Positions 8,526 to 15,398 of a DNA stretch of 29,919 nt are shown piece after piece. The notes under the pieces are model-generated. The model did no database searches. It saw nothing but the letters and a program-made list of their open reading frames with translations, and was not told the origin of the DNA. How positions within the stretch are numbered: the first letter of the stretch is position 1; every line of letters starts with the position of its first letter. The stretch lies in IMG/VR virus record IMGVR_UViG_3300020044_009153, positions 1 to 29,919 of that record. One strand, given 5' to 3'. The position numbers and the translations under genes are program-made. This DNA is from a virus (Duplodnaviria > Caudoviricetes).

Positions 8526-8765
8526 ATGGCGGAGGCGTCCCCAGCTGCGAAGGACATACAGCCAGGGACGGGACCTTCCGGTCTCTTTGGTCCCCACCAT
8601 TACCTGCCCGGCATTCTAGCAGAAGTGCCGCCTGTGACAAGAAGTCAGGTGGACATGTGGATGCGCAACGACGCTCCGATGCCAGAAGGCCTCTTCCTCA
8701 TCTTCGGACTAGTGTTAGGCATCATCATCGGGGTAATCATCCGCGACTCATTCGACGGGAGGTAA
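8526..8765 (+). CDS. small protein with C-terminal transmembrane helix
   Basis: RBS GGAGG; hydrophobic LFLIFGLVLGIIIGVII. Confidence 0.6.
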   Translation: MAEASPAAKDIQPGTGPSGLFGPHHYLPGILAEVPPVTRSQVDMWMRNDAPMPEGLFLIFGLVLGIIIGVIIRDSFDGR

Positions 8766-8766
8766 C

Positions 8767-8979
8767 ATGCTGACGACGTACAGGACCGCAGACAAAGCCA
8801 TTCTGGAGAGCATGGGCGACGGGCGGATAACGCTCTGCCTTCCGACCCAGCAGAACATCGACGACCTCGAGCATCAGTGCGACAGGTGGCAGGACGACGG
8901 CAGCGTCGTCAGGTTCATCTCTGACCTTCACGGCTGGACCGTCGTTGTCGTGAAGACGAAGTCCATCAGCGTCATCTGA
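8767..8979 (+). CDS. small hypothetical protein, paralog of 8990..9190
   Basis: RBS GGAGG; shares Y.TA..AI..S, CLPT, DDGS, WTVV with the next gene. Confidence 0.75.
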   Translation: MLTTYRTADKAILESMGDGRITLCLPTQQNIDDLEHQCDRWQDDGSVVRFISDLHGWTVVVVKTKSISVI

Positions 8980-8989
8980 AGGAGCGCCC

Positions 8990-9190
8990 ATGTACGACAC
9001 TGCACGCGAAGCAATCTTCCACAGCCGGCAGACAGGCAAGAGTACGACCTGCCTTCCGACGATGGACAATTACACTGAACTCGTTGAGGCCTGCTGGGAC
9101 CGCAGGCTGCGCGACGACGGAAGCATCCTGTTCTCCTGCACAGCGCCGGAGAAGGACTGGACCGTCGTGATGGAGAGGCGACCATGGTAA
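8990..9190 (+). CDS. small hypothetical protein, paralog of 8767..8979
   Basis: RBS AAGGAG; same motif series as the previous gene. Confidence 0.75.
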   Translation: MYDTAREAIFHSRQTGKSTTCLPTMDNYTELVEACWDRRLRDDGSILFSCTAPEKDWTVVMERRPW

Positions 9191-9297
9191 TGGCACTGAT
9201 GGCTGCAGCGCAGCCGAAAGCAGACCCGCTGATGCTGGCCTTCATGGTCATCTTCTTCTCTTACACGGCATGGCTCCTGTGGAAAGAGACGCGCTAG
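9190..9297 (+). CDS. 35-aa single-pass membrane protein (not in ORF track)
   Basis: TAATG coupling; MALMAAAQPKADPLMLAFMVIFFSYTAWLLWKETR*. Confidence 0.6.
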   Translation: MALMAAAQPKADPLMLAFMVIFFSYTAWLLWKETR

Positions 9298-9299
9298 TG

Positions 9300-9371
9300 T
9301 TGACTCTCTCTCGTTGACGGTGTAAAGCAGGGAGGTAACCACGGTCTCCCCAGACCAGTCACGAGAGAGGG
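9300..9371 (+). promoter_or_regulatory. putative promoter(s) embedded in an anti-RBS hairpin
   Basis: TTGACT (9300) and TTGACG (9314); GTTGACRGTGTA is shared with the 1820 promoter; CTCTCTCGT (9306-9314) is the exact reverse complement of ACGAGAGAG (9361-9369), which overlaps the RBS. Confidence 0.5.
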
Positions 9372-9374
9372 ACG

Positions 9375-9749
9375 ATGAAGATGTCACTGGAAGTTTTTGA
9401 CGTGATTCGTGAAGCCGCGAAAGCGGACGATGGAACGGCGCTGCTAATGCCTTTCGACGGCACGCTGTTCATGGAATACCGCAAAGCCGGGTTCGAGCTG
9501 GTCGGCATCGTTGACGACGAGAAGCTGCTGCTGCTCTCTGGCACGTGGGAAGAGTACGACCCTGCGACCATCGCCTGCATTGAGCGCGCCTGGTGCAGTC
9601 GGAACCTGTCGCAAGGTCTGGTCGTCTGGACGATGATGGACGTGATGTCCAAGATGCCTGCAGATGCGTCTGAGCAGCGCGGCCTGATGCGCCTCGTCAT
9701 AAAGAACTGGTCCTGCCTTCAGCACATGGCGGAGGTCACCAATGGCTGA
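9375..9749 (+). CDS. hypothetical protein (124 aa)
   Basis: RBS GAGAGGG; overlaps the next gene. Confidence 0.7.
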   Translation: MKMSLEVFDVIREAAKADDGTALLMPFDGTLFMEYRKAGFELVGIVDDEKLLLLSGTWEEYDPATIACIERAWCSRNLSQGLVVWTMMDVMSKMPADASEQRGLMRLVIKNWSCLQHMAEVTNG

Positions 9750-11085
9750 ACATCATCCTAAGACTGACCTCGAGGTGCGCTTCGAGATGTTCAAGAAGCA
9801 GTACCACGACCGCCAGGCGGAAGCGAAGCGGACAGGCAAGCCGATTCCAGCTCACACACAGCGCTGGTACGATAAGCAGATTGAGGAGTACCGGACCTCT
9901 CTGAAGCGTCTGGGTCTCATCATGACGCTTTCACTTCCCACGGTGGCAGAGGCCGTGGAGCGCATCGCAGCTGTGAAGCAGAAGGTGGATGCGCGTGAGC
10001 CCGTCGTATCACCAGAACAGAAGAAGAAGGAGCGGCAGGCGAAGGTCAGGCAGTACACCAAAGCGTGGGCGGAGAGACGAGTACTCACCGGCGACCAGCG
10101 CGAGAAGCTGCTAGAAGCCGCACGCGAACGGGACAGAAAGCGCCGGCAGAAGGAGCGTGAGAGACGAGCTGCAGCGCGGCAGGCCCTGCGCGAAGAAGGC
10201 ATCAAAGTAGAGGTCCACGTCCCGGAGCCGCTTGGAGCTCCGAAGGACATCATGGCAATGCGCGTTGAAAAGAAGCGTGCGAAGCAGCGCCGGAAGCGTG
10301 CGAAGAAGATGGCGCGCATCAACGCATGCCCGGAGCTGCGTGAAGCGTACCTCGAGAGGGAGCGTGTTAGGTCGCTTCGTTATCGCAGCAGTAAGCGCGA
10401 CCCTGCACTGGTGACTGCAGCGATGCTGAAGACAGAGGCCTTCATTGCCGATGCGATAAAGAGCGGCCAAATCGACCCGAAGGAGCAGAAGCTGTGCGCT
10501 CACTCCATCCGCATGGCGCAGTCGCATCTGACGCAGGAAGAGCGGAAGAGACTGAACCATAAGAGAGCGGAGCAGCGTCGGCAGGAGAAGCGGAACGCAG
10601 AGCGTCTGGCATCTCTGACCGCGAAGATTGTCGAACCCGGATGGGCGGAGAGAGCCATCGAAACAGACCAGGAGCTGCGCGGTCTGTTCGACGACTACAT
10701 CGCACGCAGCGTCAACTCCACGGTCTGGTACAAGGTCACGCACAACATCCCGCACACGGCCGAGGACGTGGCAGCGATAAAGGCGCAGCGCACCTTCCTG
10801 CTTCTACTGAACCTCAATGCTGACCATAACTTCCTGCATCGTCTGGACCAGCTGCGCAAAGAGAGTCTGCGTCGCTCCGGGCAGAAGCAGTGGGCGCTGA
10901 TAAAGAACAACCCAGAGCGGTATGAGCAGTACAAGCGCGACGCGGCAGAGGCATACGCGAAGAAGCAGGCGAAGCGGATAAAGATGGGCGTGGAAGCCAT
11001 CAGCGACGAGATTGCATCACAAGCTGTCTTTGACCATTGGGCGGCTGTGTACGAAGTCGCGAGAAAAAATGCGCGGAAAATTTGA
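9742..11085 (+). CDS. large basic K/R/E-rich helical protein (447 aa)
   Basis: RBS GGAGG; repeated RER.R.RRQ and NPE.Y units; no catalytic motif recognised. Confidence 0.75.
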   Translation: MAEHHPKTDLEVRFEMFKKQYHDRQAEAKRTGKPIPAHTQRWYDKQIEEYRTSLKRLGLIMTLSLPTVAEAVERIAAVKQKVDAREPVVSPEQKKKERQAKVRQYTKAWAERRVLTGDQREKLLEAARERDRKRRQKERERRAAARQALREEGIKVEVHVPEPLGAPKDIMAMRVEKKRAKQRRKRAKKMARINACPELREAYLERERVRSLRYRSSKRDPALVTAAMLKTEAFIADAIKSGQIDPKEQKLCAHSIRMAQSHLTQEERKRLNHKRAEQRRQEKRNAERLASLTAKIVEPGWAERAIETDQELRGLFDDYIARSVNSTVWYKVTHNIPHTAEDVAAIKAQRTFLLLLNLNADHNFLHRLDQLRKESLRRSGQKQWALIKNNPERYEQYKRDAAEAYAKKQAKRIKMGVEAISDEIASQAVFDHWAAVYEVARKNARKI

Positions 11086-11137
11086 GTAGCGTTCTGCGCG
11101 CTGTATGCATGCCTCTCCCCGTCAAGAAGGACACACC

Positions 11138-11308
11138 ATGTTGAAGGTCATCGAACATACCGCTCCCGCCCCGTTTCTGAAGCGCATTGAACTGCACGCC
11201 GTGGACCTCATCGACCAGAACGTAGAGACGGCAAAGAACGTCCTGCTGGTGCTGACCTGTGTGGGTGCCGTGGCAACGGTCGCAGCGCTCTTCCTGCGCG
11301 TGTTCTAG
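11138..11308 (+). CDS. small protein with C-terminal transmembrane helix
   Basis: RBS AAGGA; hydrophobic VLLVLTCVGAVATVAALFL. Confidence 0.65.
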   Translation: MLKVIEHTAPAPFLKRIELHAVDLIDQNVETAKNVLLVLTCVGAVATVAALFLRVF

Positions 11309-11312
11309 AGGG

Positions 11313-11364
11313 TGGTGTGACCGGCCCCTAAAGGACTCGCATCAGTGAAAAACCGGCCACACCA
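11313..11364. terminator. long inverted repeat where the two transcription arms converge
   Basis: TGGTGTGACCGG ... CCGGCCACACCA; on the minus strand it extends to ~17 bp with G-U pairs; no clear U-tract. Confidence 0.5.
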
Positions 11365-11369
11365 TAACT

Positions 11370-11768
11370 CTAAACGGGCGGCTGCTCCGGAGGCTGCGCA
11401 CTGCGTTCGCCTGCGCTGCCCGGACTGCGACTGCCTGCGTCAAAGACGTTAGCCATCGCGCTTCCCAGAATGCCGGTCATGACCAGCAGGATGTCCTTGC
11501 TCATCTGGAAGTACGAGGAGCCGATGCCGTCCGTATCGACGCTGCCGGGCACATACCAGTTGATGAGCGTGAGGATTCCGAGGAAGGCCATCAGCGCAGC
11601 GATGCCGAGAAAGATGAGACGAAGGATGGACAGCTTCCGCGCTGCCTTCCTGTCAGCAGCTGCAATCTCAATGGCGATGCCCCGGTTGAGACGCGCCACC
11701 TCTGCTTCAGCGACAGCCGCTCGAGCAAGAGCTTCACTAAGAGTAACAGTCGGGTCCTGTTCAATCAT
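11370..11768 (-). CDS. two-TM membrane protein of lysis region (holin/antiholin-like)
   Basis: Two hydrophobic segments (LIFLGIAALMAFLGILTLI; ILLVMTGILGSAM); downstream of the endolysin. Confidence 0.6.
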   Translation of the reverse strand: MIEQDPTVTLSEALARAAVAEAEVARLNRGIAIEIAAADRKAARKLSILRLIFLGIAALMAFLGILTLINWYVPGSVDTDGIGSSYFQMSKDILLVMTGILGSAMANVFDAGSRSPGSAGERSAQPPEQPPV

Positions 11769-11770
11769 GG

Positions 11771-12082
11771 CTACTCATCCCAGCTGTTGACCTGATGCTC
11801 AATGCGGTCCACGCGCCTTCCGAGGTCCTGGACATCATCGGCCAGACGGTTCAGCGTCGCTGCGTCAGGCATCTCCTCTAGCCGCGTGCGCATCTCTTTG
11901 ACCTCTGCGCGCAGCTCCTGCCACTCTTCGCGGACGAGATTGAAGGCGAAGGATGCAAAGACCAGGACGATGGTGGAAGCCACAGACCCGATAACAGTAA
12001 CGATGCGCCACATGGTCGGCAGGCCGACAACGGCCTTCGCAGCCATCGACTCCATCGACCCGGTCAGACGCTCACTCGCCAT
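11771..12082 (-). CDS. single-TM plus coiled-coil protein of lysis region
   Basis: TM IVTVIGSVASTIVLVFASFAF followed by a heptad-rich C-terminus. Confidence 0.6.
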   Translation of the reverse strand: MASERLTGSMESMAAKAVVGLPTMWRIVTVIGSVASTIVLVFASFAFNLVREEWQELRAEVKEMRTRLEEMPDAATLNRLADDVQDLGRRVDRIEHQVNSWDE

Positions 12083-12320
12083 CTGACTTCACCTTCGCAG
12101 CGTCCGCGTCCAGAGCGCGCTCAACGGGACTCTTGAGCTCAACGTTACCAGCTGCAAGCGCGGAGACGCCAGAAGCCAGCGCCACCCACATCGGAATGGT
12201 AACAGCGCCGACTCCACCTGTGATTGCCGTGACCAGAACGGGAACGACAGTCCCGATGAGCCCTCCAGCGACGAGGCCCCAATTGAGTTTGCCTTTGCTG
12301 TTCGTGAACTTCACGGCCAT
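12072..12320 (-). CDS. putative holin (two TM)
   Basis: 82 aa, two hydrophobic helices, charged C-terminus, directly after the endolysin. Confidence 0.6.
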   Translation of the reverse strand: MAVKFTNSKGKLNWGLVAGGLIGTVVPVLVTAITGGVGAVTIPMWVALASGVSALAAGNVELKSPVERALDADAAKVKSDGE

Positions 12321-12356
12321 GATGCACCAGACGCAGCCCCCTCGAGGGCGGTTAGA

Positions 12357-13118
12357 CTAAATCTTGGTAGGGTCGAACCACCCGATTGTCCTATCGACTT
12401 GAGGTGCGTTCGTCCACAGATGATGTTTCAGATACACACCATCGCCGTCGCGACTGCCTGCGCTGTTAGTGTTACCCTCAATGGTCGTCCAGCCGGTGTC
12501 GTCCACCTTCACGACGACGCCAGTGTGACCCTGTACCCACGTCCCGGCGCGACACTCCTTCGCACCAGTCGGGTCCTTCGCGCGACACCAGACCCAGCCG
12601 GCCTTCACCTTTGACTGGAAGCCAGCCTCGAGCGGCGTCGTCTTCGCATCAGCAGCGCACTTCTTCGAAGCGAGGTGCCACTGTGTCGCAACGGAACCGC
12701 TGCACCATGCCGGAGGCTTCGTCAGGCCGCGTGAGTTCATCACGTTCCATGCGACGAAGGCAGCGCACCATGGGCCACCCTTCGCGACTCCGACGCTCTT
12801 CTGGTACTTCTCCACGTCAGGACCGCAGTTCGCGCCTCCAACCTCCTTCACGCCTTTGCGGAGCTCCGCCTGGCATGACTCAACGAGAAGGCCTGCGAGG
12901 TCACCTGCAGCTGCAGGCTTTGCAGGAACCAGAACAGCGAAGGTGCCGGGCCCCAGCTTCCCATCGGCGGTCAGCCCCTTCGCAGCCTGGAAGGTTGCCA
13001 CAGCATCAGCGAAGGCGGCAGTGGCAGGGTCAAGCGTGGAGAAGGGCGGCGGCAGCTCCTCGCGCTTCCATGTCTTTCCGACCTGCTTCAGATTGTACTC
13101 AACGCGTGCATCAGACAT
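12357..13118 (-). CDS. endolysin: peptidoglycan-binding domain plus CHAP amidase/peptidase
   Basis: AVATFQAAKGLTADGKLGPGT (PG_binding_1); PWCAAFVAW, GHTGVV, TIEGNT (CHAP Cys/His/Glu motifs). Confidence 0.9.
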   Translation of the reverse strand: MSDARVEYNLKQVGKTWKREELPPPFSTLDPATAAFADAVATFQAAKGLTADGKLGPGTFAVLVPAKPAAAGDLAGLLVESCQAELRKGVKEVGGANCGPDVEKYQKSVGVAKGGPWCAAFVAWNVMNSRGLTKPPAWCSGSVATQWHLASKKCAADAKTTPLEAGFQSKVKAGWVWCRAKDPTGAKECRAGTWVQGHTGVVVKVDDTGWTTIEGNTNSAGSRDGDGVYLKHHLWTNAPQVDRTIGWFDPTKI

Positions 13119-13503
13119 CTTTGCTCCTTTTCACGTATTTACGTTTCGCCTTCACTTCCACGGCGACGCCGTGTTCAATGATGTCTGGCTTGGAAGCTGC
13201 TTTCGTCGCGGCCGCACCCATCAGGATGTCCGCAGGCGCTTCATGGATTGGACCGTATGGGCCTTCCTTGACGGGGGCAGGAGTCTGCCGCACTTCCTGT
13301 GTGGGTTCGGTCTTTGCCCATGCTTGAATCGCATCTGCGAGCATGCGCGTGGCGTTCACCAGCTGCTGCTTATTGTGATGCTCGAGGTTGAAGGCGCGCC
13401 CTGTGTGTCCGCTCTTGAGGACGATGCCTCCGGTCGTCGGAGTGACAGTGTAGCGCGCGATTTCGCGAAGGAAGGTAGGCAGCAGACCAAAGACGGCACT
13501 CAT
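13111..13503 (-). CDS. hypothetical protein (130 aa)
   Basis: RBS GGAG; overlaps the endolysin start. Confidence 0.65.
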   Translation of the reverse strand: MSAVFGLLPTFLREIARYTVTPTTGGIVLKSGHTGRAFNLEHHNKQQLVNATRMLADAIQAWAKTEPTQEVRQTPAPVKEGPYGPIHEAPADILMGAAATKAASKPDIIEHGVAVEVKAKRKYVKRSKDV

Positions 13504-13524
13504 CGGGGGAACTCCAATCGGAGG

Positions 13525-13980
13525 TTAGGGGAGCGTGGTTAGTTCATCTTCAAAAATATACAGGCCGTAGTAGCCGCCGTTCGCAGCGTTTGCTTGAACC
13601 TCGACCTTTATCTCCACCCATGTGTCGTCAGTCCAAGCTGGCACGATGGTCGCGACGAAATGCGCCGGAGCTGCGCCGAGGGTCTGTGCCGTGGAGACTG
13701 CGTTCACATAGACAGTCACATCAGCGTTGAGGCCGTAGCAGACGACGGTAACGCTGTTTGCAGTAATCTGGCTGTTGTGGACCCACATCGTTGCAGCGAG
13801 GTCCACGGTCGTCGTGTTGGACGTGAAGAAGGGAGACAGCGACGCGAGCATCCTGCGCTTGTATGCGAAGATGAATCGGTCGCGCTGGAGGATGGTGTCC
13901 AGCGTTGCGGCCCGGATGACATCAGGAGCGCCGGTGTAAGCAATCGGGGACGGGTATGTGGCTGGAATCGTAAAGCCCAT
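13525..13980 (-). CDS. putative minor tail / tail-tip protein
   Basis: Beta-rich, T/V/A-rich; last gene of the tail block. Confidence 0.55.
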   Translation of the reverse strand: MGFTIPATYPSPIAYTGAPDVIRAATLDTILQRDRFIFAYKRRMLASLSPFFTSNTTTVDLAATMWVHNSQITANSVTVVCYGLNADVTVYVNAVSTAQTLGAAPAHFVATIVPAWTDDTWVEIKVEVQANAANGGYYGLYIFEDELTTLP

Positions 13981-13982
13981 GA

Positions 13983-15398
13983 TTATCCCCAGCTGGCGAT
14001 GAAGCGAGCGTACAGATTGTAAACGTAGAAGGCATTCGTTCCGCCGACGACTGACAGCTCAATCGTGTAAGGCTGGTTCGCTGTGTAGGTTCTCGGAGGA
14101 ATCACGAAGGTCTGCGGGGTTCCAGACAGCATCTCACTGTCTGGCATGCTGTCGCGCATTCCCCATGCCTGCACTGCAGCGAGGTCGTACCAGCCGCGCG
14201 CCGTGATGCCAGCCACACACTGCTGCGTCCGGTCCGAAGCTGCGTAAACAGTCTGCGTCCTGTTGTAGAGCGCGGTCCCTGCACTGTCGTAAAGGTCTAA
14301 GCGAATCTCCTGATTGCTCGTCTGATACAGCGTGAGCGCAGAGAAGGTGACAGACAGTTCGGAATAGACATCTGCAGCTCCGGATGAGAAGCTGAACCTA
14401 ATCTTCTGCGCCGCCTGTGCTGTCGGAATGGTCACCGCTCCTGCGACGACAGCTCCTAACGCGTAACGCTGCGACACACCGTTGCAGAGGTCCATCTGGA
14501 ACTGCCGCAGCGCAGTGTTCTCAATGTTGATGACCTGCGCCAGCGCCGATGCACTGTTGTGCGCGTACTGAGGCGGAGCGCTGCCCGGGTTTGCTAACAC
14601 GACATTGTAAGCGATGCTGTACAGCGTGAAGGCTCCCAGCTCAAAGACAGTGCCGGTAGGGTTGATTTTGGAGTTGTTATAAGTCGCACTCAGACGCGGA
14701 GGGTTTGATGTCACAGATGGAACAACGGACGCATAAGCATCTGGAGGATGCGGTCCAGTCGTGTTGACGTAGTTTATCTGGTAATACTGCGTGTCCTGCG
14801 TCGATGGGCCTGTCGTGTTTACAACGGCACCAGTCTCGGCCAGCGACAGCAGTTCAAACTTCTCTCCAGCACTGATGGTGTAAGAGCTACCTCCACCATG
14901 CGTCTCAAGATAAATCGTGTTCTCAACGCCTCCCTGGATATCCACATTGCCTTTGAACGCCAGCTTCGAAGACCGGAACGTCAGCGAGAAGGCCTGCGGT
15001 CCAGATGAAGCCGACATCAGCGGCATCGACACGTCGAAGTAGTCCTCTGCTCCGGTCGTCGGAAGCACGCCAACCTCAACGAACTCTCCGCTTCCAAGAT
15101 GCGTTATGAACGCGCTCCCCTGGAATCCGTCCGCATCGACGGACCCAGTAATCGTTGCGTACTTCACACGGAAGTCCAACTGCGTGACCTGCTGGCCGAC
15201 ATCGACAGTGAACATCAGGCCCTGCGGCGTGAAGTAGGATGCCCACGTCACTTTGTCGTGAGCGTTCCACGCGATACCACCTCCGCGCGTGAGCTGCTGG
15301 TTATAGCTGTTCACGTTCGTCGTCAGGCCGTTCGCGAGGAAGGCGCTGTAAGGCATGTCCGGCAGTGTCTGTTCGTCGTCAATCTTCTTCCATGCCAT
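13983..15398 (-). CDS. putative tail-tip / receptor-binding protein
   Basis: TGATG coupling (start MAWKKIDD); beta-rich S/T/G/Y composition; position after the hub-like gene. Confidence 0.55.
   Translation of the reverse strand: MAWKKIDDEQTLPDMPYSAFLANGLTTNVNSYNQQLTRGGGIAWNAHDKVTWASYFTPQGLMFTVDVGQQVTQLDFRVKYATITGSVDADGFQGSAFITHLGSGEFVEVGVLPTTGAEDYFDVSMPLMSASSGPQAFSLTFRSSKLAFKGNVDIQGGVENTIYLETHGGGSSYTISAGEKFELLSLAETGAVVNTTGPSTQDTQYYQINYVNTTGPHPPDAYASVVPSVTSNPPRLSATYNNSKINPTGTVFELGAFTLYSIAYNVVLANPGSAPPQYAHNSASALAQVINIENTALRQFQMDLCNGVSQRYALGAVVAGAVTIPTAQAAQKIRFSFSSGAADVYSELSVTFSALTLYQTSNQEIRLDLYDSAGTALYNRTQTVYAASDRTQQCVAGITARGWYDLAAVQAWGMRDSMPDSEMLSGTPQTFVIPPRTYTANQPYTIELSVVGGTNAFYVYNLYARFIASWG

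Noticed and set aside
11325-11352. Hammerhead ribozyme (minus strand CTGATGCGAGTCC...)
   Set aside because: The core deviates from CUGANGA and there is no GAAA after the putative stem II.
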